From the IMG/VR virus record IMGVR_UViG_3300033148_007227, positions 39,856 to 103,855 of that record: 64,000 bases of DNA. One strand, written 5' to 3'. Of this stretch, positions 39,205-49,158 are shown in pieces (positions within the stretch are counted from its first letter, which is position 1; each line of letters opens with the position of its first letter). The notes beneath the pieces were generated by a model that did no database searches, was not told the origin of the DNA, and worked only from the letters and a program-made list of their open reading frames with translations. The position numbers and the translations under genes were made by a program. This stretch comes from a virus.

Positions 39205-40021
39205 ACCAGAGTTGAAAGCTAAGAATGCTGGAAACCAGCTTAGAATATTATGTCCTTTTCATAATGATACTGATCCTTCACTTTATATAAACTTTGTTAA
39301 GGGATCATGGTATTGTTTTGGGGAATGTAAAAGAGGAGGCAATCTTGGGTATCTGTTAAAGAAACTTGGGGTTATAGATAGATATGAAAATTCCTTAGTA
39401 AACTATGTTGAAGTTGGAAAGAATAGAAAAATAAAAGTTTCAAAAACTAATCAAGAGATTCTTGATTATTTTCTCTCAAGGGGTTTTGATATTAAGTCAT
39501 ATAGAAAGTTAGTTACAGAATTTGGAATTAAACGTACATGGCTTGGGAAGGAAACTGGGTTGTATTTTCCAGTTTGGAATTTTGAAAAGGAGTATATTGG
39601 AAATGTAAGAAGAAAACTTTCAGATAAGCAATATTACATGAGTAGGGGATATAAAGGTGAAAGGTATTTGTATGGAGAGTGGAAACTTGAAGATTGTGGT
39701 TATGTAGTTCTTGTGGAAGGAGTTTTTGATTATTTTAAGGTGTGGTTGTCTGGTTTCAATGTTTTAGCTGTTCTAGGATTGTCAGGAGAAAGTTTGAAAT
39801 TGGCTAGGATAGCAACAAGTAATGAAAACATAAAAAAAGTAGTTTTATTTTTTGATAGTGATGTTAAGGATAAGATTTATAACGATTGGAGATATTATGG
39901 TGAAATGTTTGGTTTTAAGATGGGGGATGTGAGATTGGATTACGGTGATCCGGGAGAGATGATTGTTGATGAGATTAATGATATTCTTGGTCCTTTGAAG
40001 GCTCGTAGCTCAATTGGATAG
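39161..40021 (+). CDS. dnaG: DNA primase (CHC2 zinc finger plus TOPRIM)
   Basis: CPFHNDTDPS...WYCFGEC; VLVEGVFD; FFDSD; DPGE. Confidence 0.88.
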   Translation: MMRSWSQYREVLKNKPELKAKNAGNQLRILCPFHNDTDPSLYINFVKGSWYCFGECKRGGNLGYLLKKLGVIDRYENSLVNYVEVGKNRKIKVSKTNQEILDYFLSRGFDIKSYRKLVTEFGIKRTWLGKETGLYFPVWNFEKEYIGNVRRKLSDKQYYMSRGYKGERYLYGEWKLEDCGYVVLVEGVFDYFKVWLSGFNVLAVLGLSGESLKLARIATSNENIKKVVLFFDSDVKDKIYNDWRYYGEMFGFKMGDVRLDYGDPGEMIVDEINDILGPLKARSSIG

Positions 40022-40072
40022 AGCACAGGACTTCTAATCCTGGGGTTGGGGGTTCAATTCCCTCCGGGCCTA
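39999..40072 (+). tRNA. tRNA-Arg (anticodon TCT)
   Basis: Acceptor AGGCTCG/CGGGCCT, D arm GCTC/GAGC, anticodon arm CAGGA-CTTCTAA-TCCTG, T arm GGGGG-TTCAATT-CCCTC; no encoded CCA. Confidence 0.92.
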
Positions 40073-40099
40073 CTATATGTATTAAAGGAAAGGGTTTAG

Positions 40100-41353
40100 A
40101 TGTATGATGAATTTATTGCTCGAATACTTCTGTTTTCTGATACAATAGTTCCTTCTTATGAGAGTTACTTAAGAAGGATAAAATTTAGAGATAGACTAGT
40201 TAATAATATAATTGAAAAGATATTGGAATCATGGGAAGTATTCAATGAAGTTAAAATTGAATTTCTTAGAGAGAAATTCAAAGACAGAGAAGATATAAAT
40301 TTGTTCATGAGGAAAGCATCAGAAATTGAGTTGTCTGGTGATGCTTCTTTTAATAAGTATTGGGTGGGTAATTTTATGTCACAAAGTGTTCTGGATGAAA
40401 TCAGAAATAGCGATTATGATGCTGATAAAGTTAGAGACCTTTCTGTTCTAGCTTCTGAGTTGAAAAATGTGGCTGAAGGTAAGATAACTCCAGTAAGAGT
40501 ATGGGATGTTAGTTCTGATAAAAAAGTTGATGAAAGGATAGATTTTTATCAAGCGGAAAAAGAAAAGGTATTGAAGATAGGAATAAGTTTATTTGATGAG
40601 CAGATAGAGATGAGCAATGGTACTGTAACTATCTTTATGGCTCCTTTTAAGAGATACAAGAGTATAACTTTGACAAACGTGGGTGCTGTTGCTTTGGCTC
40701 AGGGTTACTCAGTTTTTCAAGTTCATTATGAAGGAAAACAAAAGTTATGGGAAAAAAGATATGATAGCTGTATTTCAGGAATACCTTATAATCGTCTTTA
40801 CAAAGATTTGAATGAGAAAGAGAAAAATTTATTGAAGAAAGTTTATAGGAATGTGAAAGGTAAAGTTTACTTTATGAAAGCTACTCCTAAAAAGGTAGGA
40901 TATCCTGAAATAAAGAATGAGCTTGAGAAGTTGAAAAAGGAAGGTATATTTTTTGATGTTGTGATAGTTGATTATTTGAACTTGATGCGTCCATCTAAAA
41001 AGTATGGTGATGATTGGATCGAACAGGGAGATTTAGCTTGGGATTTGGTAACTTTGAGTCAAGAGGGGTATATAGTGGTGTCAGCGGCTCAGAGTAAGAT
41101 GGGGTCTGTTAGCAAAGAAGTTTTGGGGCCAGATGATCTTGGTAGGTCTGCTGTGATCGTGCAAGCTACAGATAATCTAATTGCTTTGAATCAGAATAGG
41201 ACTGAGTATGCAGGTGGACTTTTGAGGATGAATCCTTTAGTGATGCGTTATGATAAGGTATCTGCTCAAGAGATCAGGTTAGTTATGCGACTTTTTAAGA
41301 TGAGATTATCAGATGAGATGGATTCTATGTTTGAGCATCTTGTTAGTGATTGA
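40100..41353 (+). CDS. dnaB: DnaB-like replicative helicase with atypical Walker A
   Basis: TIFMAPFKRYKS, VHYE, VVIVDYLNLM, SAAQ, QATDNLIAL. Confidence 0.75.
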   Translation: MYDEFIARILLFSDTIVPSYESYLRRIKFRDRLVNNIIEKILESWEVFNEVKIEFLREKFKDREDINLFMRKASEIELSGDASFNKYWVGNFMSQSVLDEIRNSDYDADKVRDLSVLASELKNVAEGKITPVRVWDVSSDKKVDERIDFYQAEKEKVLKIGISLFDEQIEMSNGTVTIFMAPFKRYKSITLTNVGAVALAQGYSVFQVHYEGKQKLWEKRYDSCISGIPYNRLYKDLNEKEKNLLKKVYRNVKGKVYFMKATPKKVGYPEIKNELEKLKKEGIFFDVVIVDYLNLMRPSKKYGDDWIEQGDLAWDLVTLSQEGYIVVSAAQSKMGSVSKEVLGPDDLGRSAVIVQATDNLIALNQNRTEYAGGLLRMNPLVMRYDKVSAQEIRLVMRLFKMRLSDEMDSMFEHLVSD

Positions 41354-41387
41354 TTTCACCGAATAAGAGAGATATTGTATTTTTTAC

Positions 41388-41416
41388 TTGACAAAAAGTT
41401 GTTATTGTGTTATGAT
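41388..41416 (+). promoter_or_regulatory. sigma70-type promoter with extended -10
   Basis: TTGACA-N17-TATGAT with TG at the extended -10 position. Confidence 0.8.
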
Positions 41417-41453
41417 GGGTGAAACTGAAAAACAAAGCAAAGGAGATGATTAA

Positions 41454-41582
41454 GTGATTTACAGACACAGGAGAAGAATTGAGTATGTGGATAAGTGGGA
41501 ACGTGACCTTGTGTATCTTAAATACAAGAAGCAGGTAATAGGAAAAGTTTTTGTCTGTTGTAGAATTAAACTTGTTATATGA
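41454..41582 (+). CDS. 42-aa hypothetical peptide (not in ORF track)
   Basis: GTG start after AAGGAG, first ORF downstream of the promoter. Confidence 0.35.
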   Translation: MIYRHRRRIEYVDKWERDLVYLKYKKQVIGKVFVCCRIKLVI

Positions 41583-41644
41583 TGATGGTATCTAGTCAAA
41601 AAGGGTTTGAGGTTAAGTACTTTGTAGAATGATGGAGGTGGATA

Positions 41645-41839
41645 ATGAAGATTGAGATACAGATAGAAAACAAAGCGGTTGAAAAAGATAGAAAGGAGCT
41701 TCTAAAATTGAAACAGGAGTACCTGGAGGAAATGGAGGCTATCAATCCTTCAAGGTTTTATGATAAAGTGATTTGGGGATTAAGTATGAGTAAGGTTTTG
41801 GCCTTGATAGATGAGAAACTTACCAATTTGGAAGGATAA
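41645..41839 (+). CDS. hypothetical protein
   Basis: GGAGGTG RBS; 64 aa. Confidence 0.6.
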   Translation: MKIEIQIENKAVEKDRKELLKLKQEYLEEMEAINPSRFYDKVIWGLSMSKVLALIDEKLTNLEG

Positions 41840-41993
41840 AATTTTACAATAAGACAAGAATACTGGATATAACTAGGTAGGTCTATGATTATTGTAGTTA
41901 CTAAAGAAGATGGGAAGTTTGACTGTTGAATCTAAGATTCAGTAATCAAAGACACTTGTCAAAACTTGTTGTTTTGTTAAAGGATGATGAATC

Positions 41994-42443
41994 ATGTCGA
42001 GAAAACAAAGTGATATTTTTTGGGATCAAGACGATAGAGATAAACTTAGGTTTAATAATTCCGACGAGGCTATTAAAGGGATTATTGATGAGATGTATCC
42101 AACACCAATAGAAGAAATAGGTGATATTACAATTTATGAATATAAGAGAGTGAATATAGAAATAAGTGGTGGAGTTAATAACGATAAGGAATTGGTTATT
42201 GAAAATATTTACGACCGATTGGATGAGGAATATGGGGATCATCGAAATGGAGAATTTCCCGATATACCTTATGATGATCTTGAAATTCAACAAGCCTGGG
42301 ATAAATTTGTTGAATCTGTTAAAAAAACTTATGTTCCGTGGGTTTGTGAAAAAACAGGCAATACGATAACAGTTAATGCTTTGGAATGGGTTAAAGAGAA
42401 CATGCCAGAATGGTTGACGAGAGAGGAGAAGAAAGATGGATGA
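41994..42443 (+). CDS. acidic hypothetical phage protein
   Basis: 149 aa with normal codon usage. Confidence 0.6.
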   Translation: MSRKQSDIFWDQDDRDKLRFNNSDEAIKGIIDEMYPTPIEEIGDITIYEYKRVNIEISGGVNNDKELVIENIYDRLDEEYGDHRNGEFPDIPYDDLEIQQAWDKFVESVKKTYVPWVCEKTGNTITVNALEWVKENMPEWLTREEKKDG

Positions 42444-42747
42444 GATTAAAGTTAAGAAAAGAGATGAAACTGTACTTGAGAAAGAAAATGAGAAAAAAGA
42501 ATCTGATTATCAAACACCTTCAAAATTAGAACTTTTGAAAAGATTTCATCCTGGTCAAGTATTTTTTCTTAGAGAAGGATTTTTGAAAGTTAGAAAAGTT
42601 ACGAACAAGGATGTTTTATTGAGACCTCTTAATGAGGATGAAGTAAGAAAGATAATGAAGGATATGGAGAAGCAAAAGAAAAAATTAGATAAGCAGAAAG
42701 ATAATGAAGAAAATAGTGATAGAATTAGTAAAAAAGCTCTAAAGTGA
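42436..42747 (+). CDS. hypothetical protein
   Basis: GAGGAG RBS; 103 aa. Confidence 0.6.
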   Translation: MDEIKVKKRDETVLEKENEKKESDYQTPSKLELLKRFHPGQVFFLREGFLKVRKVTNKDVLLRPLNEDEVRKIMKDMEKQKKKLDKQKDNEENSDRISKKALK

Positions 42748-43427
42748 GAATTGAAATGAAGGAAGATACTTTTAAAAAATGGTTTAACTCTATTATATCT
42801 TTTACCTCCAACTCTTGTGTTCATTGGGAATCTCAGAATGTTTTTTTATGCTTTGATAAAAATCGTATGGAAGGGTTGTTATATGATTGTGATGATGGAT
42901 TTTCTTCTTTAGGGTACACAGACAATTTAGGTTATAAGGTTAATTTGGGTTCTTTGATGAAAATATGTGGTTTTATAGATATTATATCAGCTAGAAAAAA
43001 AGTCTTTGATGATTTTATAGAGTTTAGAAAAGATAAAAGAAAAGCTCATATATGTGTGGAAGAAGTAAGAGAAATTCAACTTCCTGTTTGGGAGGTGGGA
43101 GAAAGTGTGGAAATTCCATCAGGTTTGACTTTTGATTGGGGCAGGGCTAATTACTATTTTGTTAATGGTGTTTTGTATAGTACAAAAGAAAGTAGATACT
43201 CATTTGCTTCTGTTGTTCTGAAAGAAGATATGAAAGATATCTATATTGAAATTCCTTATTGTTTTATTCATGTGATTAGTAATATGAATTTTTCTAGATT
43301 TGTGGTAGGAGATACTACTCTTTTTATGTCTGATAATGACTTGGAAATAACTGTTTTTTATAATAATAAAAATAAAATTGAAAATATGAAAGATGATATA
43401 TTGATAAAGGAATTAGGATTATCTTAA
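42744..43427 (+). CDS. hypothetical protein, possibly a divergent sliding clamp
   Basis: MRIEMKEDTFKKW start and beta-alpha-beta pattern resemble clamp subunits; close to the DNA polymerase. Confidence 0.3.
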   Translation: MRIEMKEDTFKKWFNSIISFTSNSCVHWESQNVFLCFDKNRMEGLLYDCDDGFSSLGYTDNLGYKVNLGSLMKICGFIDIISARKKVFDDFIEFRKDKRKAHICVEEVREIQLPVWEVGESVEIPSGLTFDWGRANYYFVNGVLYSTKESRYSFASVVLKEDMKDIYIEIPYCFIHVISNMNFSRFVVGDTTLFMSDNDLEITVFYNNKNKIENMKDDILIKELGLS

Positions 43428-43447
43428 TCGAGGGAAGATTTAGAAAT

Positions 43448-43531
43448 GCCCGGATGATGGAATAGGTAGACATGAGAGACTTAAAATCTCTTGGGAGTTA
43501 TCCCGTCCCGGTTCAATTCCGGGTCCGGGCA
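43448..43531 (+). tRNA. tRNA-Leu (anticodon TAA)
   Basis: Acceptor GCCCGGA/TCCGGGC, anticodon arm AGAGA-CTTAAAA-TCTCT, long variable arm, T arm CCCGG-TTCAATT-CCGGG. Confidence 0.93.
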
Positions 43532-43561
43532 CTTAAAAGAAAAAAAGGGGTTGTAATAGTT

Positions 43562-43633
43562 GCTCGGTTAGACTAGTGGTTAGGTCACGAGATTTTCAAT
43601 CTCGTAGCAGGAGTTCGATTCTCCTACCGAGCA
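43562..43633 (+). tRNA. tRNA-Glu (anticodon TTC)
   Basis: Acceptor GCTCGGT/ACCGAGC, anticodon arm CGAGA-TTTTCAA-TCTCG, T arm AGGAG-TTCGATT-CTCCT. Confidence 0.93.
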
Positions 43634-43663
43634 TAAATCTTAAAAATGTAATTCTTAAATAAT

Positions 43664-45625
43664 ATGATAAAATTAAATAAAGGAGTAAAATTTTATTTAA
43701 TGTTAAAGCATTATGATGAAGAGTGGAACACGAATTTCATTGTCTCTGAAAATGAAGTTGAGACTCTTGAAGTTATAGACTGTGTTTATAAAGATATAGA
43801 GAAGAGTAAAGTTGTAGCTTTTGATTTTGAAACATCAAAAATTGCAGGGGATGATGATGAAGATGTGAATCCTTTTGTAGATTCTTTGTATTCGGTTTCT
43901 TTTTGTGCTAATACGGATTATACTTATGCTTTTAGATTACAAGATGAGAGTAATTGGATATATTCAGATAAAACTGTGAAAAAGATTGAGAAATTATTTT
44001 CTGATTTGTTTGATGAGCAGATAATAAAGATTCTTCATAATGCTAAGTTTGATTTAAAGATGGTATGGAGGATTTTAGGAAGATATCCTAATCCTTTCAA
44101 TACTTCATTTGAGGATACTATGATTTTGTGTTATCTTCTTGATGAAAACAGAACACAAAAGTTGAAGTTTGCTTCTGATAGATATTTAGACATGGATACT
44201 CAGAAATATGAACGAGAACTTAATAGTGTTGGTAAAAAAGGAAAGATAGAGAGTGTTGGTTGGTTTATATCCAGCAGGTACAACTGTGCTGATTCATATA
44301 TCACAAGGAAATTATGGTTTGTACTTAGAGATTTAGCAAATAAAGAAGGAGTGTTGGAGCTTTATGAGAAATTGTATTTAGGTTTTATTCTTGTTCTGCT
44401 TGAAGCTGAAATTACAGGCTTTAAAATAGATATGGATTATATAAAAAGAAAAAGCAGAGAATATAAAGAATATTTAAAAGATATAGAAAAATTTCTACAA
44501 GATTTTACTAATAATCCTGAGTTTAATCCGAGAAGTCATCTTCAAGTGAGGAAAGTTCTGAAAGACTTGGGTTTAGATAAGAGTATACAAAAGAGAACAA
44601 AGAAGTCTAAAGAGATATCAACTGATAAAGAAGTAATGGAATCTCTTATAAAGGTTGATGATACAGGTTTTGTTGAGAAAATGGTGGAGTATGGAAGAAA
44701 AGAAAAAGAAAGAACTTTTTTTGATGGTTTTATTGATAGAGCTGTGGAAATTGATAATGAATGTATTTTAAGAACAAAGCTTCTTCCAAACGGTACCAGA
44801 ACTGGAAGGTTAAGTTCACGAGACCCAAATTTCCAAAATTTGATAAGGGGGAAATTGTTAAAAGATGCTTTTCTCTCAAGATTTTATAAGAAACTTGTGA
44901 TAGCAGATTTTTCTCAAATAGAGTTACGGGTTGTGGCTTTTAATTCTGGTGATGAAATTATGTTGGAAGTGTATGAAAAGGGAGGAGATATTCATTCTAG
45001 AACTGCAAAGATAGTTTTTGGTTTGAGTTGTGATGAATCTGAAGTTAAAGAAAAATATCCTAAAGAGAGAAAAGATGGGAAGGAGGTGAACTTTGGGGTT
45101 CTTTATGGTTTGACAGCTATGTCCTTAGCTAAGAAGATAGATAGGTCTGAGGATGAGGCTCAATCTTTTATTAATGCTTATTTTGAAGAATTTACAAGAG
45201 TAAGAGATCATATAAGAGAAGTTTATGAGTTTGTGATTGAAAATGAGTATGTGGTCAATATCTTTGGAAGGAGAAGGAGATTTCCAGGTCTTAATCGGAT
45301 GTATATGCTTTATGGTTCGGATCATGAAGCGGTTGCGTCAAAGTTAAGAGAAGCTTTCAATTTCACTATTCAGAGTGTGGCAGTTGATATCTGTGATCTT
45401 TCCATAGTTAAAATTAAAAGAGCGGCTTTGGATGCTGGAATAGATGCAACTTTTTTAATGCAGGTGCATGATGAAATGATTTGGGAAGTTGAAGAATTGA
45501 AAATTAGGGAGTTTTGTAATATAGTAAGAGAGCAGTCAGAAAAGGTTGTGGATGGATTGAAAACTCCTATAGATATAGAAGTGTGTGAGAAGTGGGGAGA
45601 TGTTTATGATAGAGAGAGGGTGTAA
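43664..45625 (+). CDS. polA: family A DNA polymerase with 3'-5' exonuclease and no 5'-nuclease
   Basis: AFDFET, HNAKFD, YNCAD; TGRLSSRDPNFQN, ADFSQIELR, RKDGKEVNFGVLYG, QVHDE; start may be 43700. Confidence 0.95.
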   Translation: MIKLNKGVKFYLMLKHYDEEWNTNFIVSENEVETLEVIDCVYKDIEKSKVVAFDFETSKIAGDDDEDVNPFVDSLYSVSFCANTDYTYAFRLQDESNWIYSDKTVKKIEKLFSDLFDEQIIKILHNAKFDLKMVWRILGRYPNPFNTSFEDTMILCYLLDENRTQKLKFASDRYLDMDTQKYERELNSVGKKGKIESVGWFISSRYNCADSYITRKLWFVLRDLANKEGVLELYEKLYLGFILVLLEAEITGFKIDMDYIKRKSREYKEYLKDIEKFLQDFTNNPEFNPRSHLQVRKVLKDLGLDKSIQKRTKKSKEISTDKEVMESLIKVDDTGFVEKMVEYGRKEKERTFFDGFIDRAVEIDNECILRTKLLPNGTRTGRLSSRDPNFQNLIRGKLLKDAFLSRFYKKLVIADFSQIELRVVAFNSGDEIMLEVYEKGGDIHSRTAKIVFGLSCDESEVKEKYPKERKDGKEVNFGVLYGLTAMSLAKKIDRSEDEAQSFINAYFEEFTRVRDHIREVYEFVIENEYVVNIFGRRRRFPGLNRMYMLYGSDHEAVASKLREAFNFTIQSVAVDICDLSIVKIKRAALDAGIDATFLMQVHDEMIWEVEELKIREFCNIVREQSEKVVDGLKTPIDIEVCEKWGDVYDRERV

Positions 45626-45711
45626 AAATTAAAGTATCTCTAAATTGTATTGTGAGTAGAAATGGTGTAAATCTAAACTATGAAATCAAACTTTAAAAAG
45701 GAGGAAAAGTT

Positions 45712-46539
45712 ATGGATGAAAGAATGAAGAAAAGGAAAGAAAAATTGGAAAAAGAAAGTGAGATTGTGGAATCATCCTCAAACATGATAGGTAAATCTTC
45801 TCTTTACAGGATGCTCCCAAATAAAGAAGGTTCTGTTTTTGATAATAGAATTATAATTTTATTGTGGAGACCTGGTGTTGTTTGTCCTGAGTTATTTTCT
45901 GATTATTATAGTGAGGATGATTGGGATTTCAAAGCGGCTGTAGTAGGACATTATATCGTAATCCCAAATCAAATGGGAGGTAAAGATACATACTTTGTGG
46001 TGTGTAAACCAGGGATGGCTGATTATTATTCTAAGTTTTTGGGTAAGGAAATCGAAAAAGGTGAGTGTGATTTTTGTGCTGAAAATGAAAAGCGTGTTAC
46101 TAGATATTTATTTCAAGTTTTTGACTATCAAAAACTGATAGGAGAAAGAGAACTTGATGAAGGTGAGGATAGACCTTATGTTCAAATTTTGATTGGACCT
46201 ACAGCAATTTATAATGGTCTTTGGTCAAAGTTCAAAGTTGATGTTGAGTTTTGGGATAAAAGGATAACCAGAATAACTAAGGATACGAAAAAAGGAGTTA
46301 GGTATTCTGATTATACAGTTGAGGTGGAGGGTACAGAACCGGAGGAACTGAGTGATGAAATTTTATCATATCTCCAGGATGAATCTAATCATATTAATCC
46401 AGTTAAGGAAGAACTGATAAAGATGAGTATGGATGATGTTAACAAAGCATCTGAAGCAAGAAAAGAAAGAAGAGGATTGAAAGGTGGAGAATCAACAAGT
46501 AATAGTAAAAATTCAACAAAGAAAAAAATAAATTGGTAA
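45712..46539 (+). CDS. putative single-stranded DNA-binding protein (gp32-like)
   Basis: H...C...CxxC zinc ligands, ITKDTKKGVRYSDYTV OB-like strand; between polymerase and RecA; AGGAGG RBS. Confidence 0.55.
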   Translation: MDERMKKRKEKLEKESEIVESSSNMIGKSSLYRMLPNKEGSVFDNRIIILLWRPGVVCPELFSDYYSEDDWDFKAAVVGHYIVIPNQMGGKDTYFVVCKPGMADYYSKFLGKEIEKGECDFCAENEKRVTRYLFQVFDYQKLIGERELDEGEDRPYVQILIGPTAIYNGLWSKFKVDVEFWDKRITRITKDTKKGVRYSDYTVEVEGTEPEELSDEILSYLQDESNHINPVKEELIKMSMDDVNKASEARKERRGLKGGESTSNSKNSTKKKINW

Positions 46540-46576
46540 AGTGATTCTAGAGACTCTTGAAGTCCATAATTAAAAT

Positions 46577-47497
46577 ATGGAGGATGCAATGAGCATAAAG
46601 ACTGCTATAGATTTGCCTGATACCAGAAAGTTTTCAACTGGATTAAAAAGTCTTGATGAAATAACTAGCGGTGGTTTAGTGATAGGTTCAATAGTTGAAG
46701 TTTTTGGAGAAGAAAGTGATGGTAAGACTACTTTAGGATTACAACTTTTGTCTAAAGCTCAAAAGGATGGGCTTCACTCTTTTTATTTAGATGCTGAACA
46801 TTCTACAACTAAGGAATACTTGAAAAATTTTCTTGATTTATCCAAATTAAAATACGCTCGTCCAGCTTCAGGAGAGGAAGCTTATGATAAGTTAAGGGAG
46901 TTTTTTGATGAATATGGTCAGGAGGATAGTCTAATCTTTGTAGATTCTGTTCCCGCTCTTATCCCGGAAAATCAAGTAGATACAGGACAAGCTAACTTTG
47001 GTCCTGTAGCTCTGCTGATGTCTATGAACTTACCTTCTATTTTAAGAAAGTATCAAAACTCTATAGTTGTCTTTTCTAATCAGACAAGAGATAGGATTAC
47101 TAAGTTTGGGAGTGGGGGAAAGAAAACTTCGGGAGGTAATTCTTTAAAATTTTATGCTGGTCATAGATTGGAGTTGAAAACTATAAAAATGATAATGGAT
47201 AAAAATAAGAATCTTCTTGGTAAAAAGATAAGAATTGAAGTAGTTAAAAATAAGTTTGGTGTTCCATTTGGAGTTACTACTTTAGATATGATGTTTGGAA
47301 AAGGTTACTGTCCTTATTCTGATCTTGTTGAATTTGCTATATCTAAAGAAATAGTTACAATTTCAGGAGCATGGGTTAAGTTTAAGGAGATATCATATCA
47401 GGGAAAGGAGGCTTTTGTTGATGAATTGAGGAATAATGAAGATTTATTTGGGGAATTAATGGATTTATGTGATATTGTAGAAAAGAATAGACTTTGA
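46577..47497 (+). CDS. recA: RecA/UvsX recombinase
   Basis: STG..LD..GG, IVEVFGEESDGKTT, DAEH, VDSVPAL, NQTR, SGGNSLKFYA, VVKNK, SGAW; start may be 46589. Confidence 0.93.
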   Translation: MEDAMSIKTAIDLPDTRKFSTGLKSLDEITSGGLVIGSIVEVFGEESDGKTTLGLQLLSKAQKDGLHSFYLDAEHSTTKEYLKNFLDLSKLKYARPASGEEAYDKLREFFDEYGQEDSLIFVDSVPALIPENQVDTGQANFGPVALLMSMNLPSILRKYQNSIVVFSNQTRDRITKFGSGGKKTSGGNSLKFYAGHRLELKTIKMIMDKNKNLLGKKIRIEVVKNKFGVPFGVTTLDMMFGKGYCPYSDLVEFAISKEIVTISGAWVKFKEISYQGKEAFVDELRNNEDLFGELMDLCDIVEKNRL

Positions 47498-47519
47498 AAT
47501 TAAGCTAGAGGAGGGAGAA

Positions 47520-48251
47520 ATGAAAAAAATTGAAAAACTATTGTTTATTAAAGAAGTTGATGGAGATAATATCAAAGTCAAAGAGGCGGAATGGGGTAGA
47601 TCGGTTGCAGAATCAGATATTCCGAGTTGTTTTAGTTACATTGATGATCGTGATCCAGAATGTGTGGCTTGTATTATAAGAGTCTCTTGTGGTCTATGGA
47701 AAGAAAAGAATGAAGCGGAAAAAAGAGAGATTTTTGATGAGAAAAGAGAAGAACAAGAATTGAAAGAACAAAAAGGAGAGTTAGAAATGGAAGATAAGCT
47801 TGAAAATAGTACAGTAAAGGATCAAGAGGAAGAAGTCTCAGAGACAGGTGTAACTACAGAATCTTCAGTTATACTAGAGGAAGGGTTAGAGAAAAATTTG
47901 GATCAAAAGGAGATAACACAAATGGAAATTGAAAAGTCCGATGTTAAAGAGGAAACTAAGAAAGATGATTCATCTGAGTCAGATCATAGAAATGTTAAGA
48001 GAATGCCTAAAGGTTACATACAGCAAAAGGTTACTGAGATGTTGAAACGTGGTACTACCAGAGCAGAGATTAAGGCTTTTACTGATGAGTTGGGGTATGG
48101 TGAGTCTGGTGCAATGTTGGTGGTGAGGACAGCGAAGAAGCAGGGAAAACTAGGCGAAGATGTGGAGAAAGGAGTAAAACTTAAAGATCGAAAGATTTAT
48201 CTTATTGATAGTGAAAACAGCTCTGGTTTTGAATCCAAGGAAAGTGAGTAG
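47520..48251 (+). CDS. hypothetical protein (Cys cluster, acidic linker, HTH-like C-terminus)
   Basis: PSCF...PECVACIIRVSC; E-rich linker. Confidence 0.6.
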   Translation: MKKIEKLLFIKEVDGDNIKVKEAEWGRSVAESDIPSCFSYIDDRDPECVACIIRVSCGLWKEKNEAEKREIFDEKREEQELKEQKGELEMEDKLENSTVKDQEEEVSETGVTTESSVILEEGLEKNLDQKEITQMEIEKSDVKEETKKDDSSESDHRNVKRMPKGYIQQKVTEMLKRGTTRAEIKAFTDELGYGESGAMLVVRTAKKQGKLGEDVEKGVKLKDRKIYLIDSENSSGFESKESE

Positions 48252-48262
48252 TTAAAGGATAA

Positions 48263-48304
48263 GGGGGAGGAGATCAACCTAAAATATATCTCCTCTCCCT
48301 TTTT
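48263..48304 (+). terminator. intrinsic terminator candidate
   Basis: GGGGGAGGAGAT / ATCTCCTCTCCC stem followed by a T run. Confidence 0.65.
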
Positions 48305-48358
48305 ATAAAGTTTTAAATTTTTCAAACAAAACAATAATATAATTAGAGGGAGATTAAT

Positions 48359-48937
48359 ATGAAGGTTGAAGTAAATGTTTCAAAGGATTCTCTTATTGTT
48401 GATGTGGATGGGATGATATTGGATGTTTATGGTGATTTGAGTAAGGAGATGGTGGAAGATGTTATAAGAAAGAGTGTATGGTTATCTTCTATTTCCTATG
48501 AAGTGAAAAGAAGATTGACAAGGTTTTCAGAGGTTGAAAAAAAGAGCTATATGACTCATTGGAGAGAATGGGCTATAAAGTGGGCTAAAGTTAAAGGTTT
48601 AAAAGACACTCAGGAAAATATTAATGATTGTGTAGCTAAAATATTTGGGGATATTCTGATAAAAGAAAAGATTAGATATCTCTTTGATATTAGAGGAATG
48701 TTGAGAAAGGATACTGATAAATTTGATACATGGGGAGATTTCTTTAATGATGATGATATTTCGGAAGATGTGAAAAGGATGTGTAAAGAAATGTATAAAA
48801 TTGAGTTTGAAAAAAAGATGAATTATGAGAAAGTTATTGAATTAGAAGCAAGGATGGCAACTATAGTTGCTAGTTTAAGAGATGCTTCTGTTGGATATAA
48901 AATGAAAAGTGAACAAGAAAAAAGTATGAGATTTTGA
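48359..48937 (+). CDS. helical hypothetical protein (UvsY-like mediator possible)
   Basis: 192 aa, coiled-coil C-terminus, near recA/SSB; function speculative. Confidence 0.45.
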   Translation: MKVEVNVSKDSLIVDVDGMILDVYGDLSKEMVEDVIRKSVWLSSISYEVKRRLTRFSEVEKKSYMTHWREWAIKWAKVKGLKDTQENINDCVAKIFGDILIKEKIRYLFDIRGMLRKDTDKFDTWGDFFNDDDISEDVKRMCKEMYKIEFEKKMNYEKVIELEARMATIVASLRDASVGYKMKSEQEKSMRF

Positions 48938-48943
48938 GAAAGG

Positions 48944-49138
48944 ATGAAGATTATGTCACAGGTACAACAAAAGAAAATAGCATTAGGTGTTGTGGTAGGT
49001 TTTTGTATCTCTGATGTTAGAGAAGATGAAATCAATAATCTTAGTGAGAAAGCAAGAGTGGCAGTAAGAGAAGAGTTGAATTTATGGGATGATGATGTGA
49101 AAGTTTTACAGATTGTAGATGTGTTAGAGACGTCTTAA
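48944..49138 (+). CDS. hypothetical protein
   Basis: 64-aa ORF. Confidence 0.5.
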   Translation: MKIMSQVQQKKIALGVVVGFCISDVREDEINNLSEKARVAVREELNLWDDDVKVLQIVDVLETS

Positions 49139-49158
49139 TTTTATAAGGAGGTCAAAAA

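Noticed and set aside
39999-43633. tRNAs as prophage attachment sites or a host-chromosome boundary
   Set aside because: Phage-type genes continue on both sides with the same composition; no integrase or duplicated tRNA 3' end was seen.
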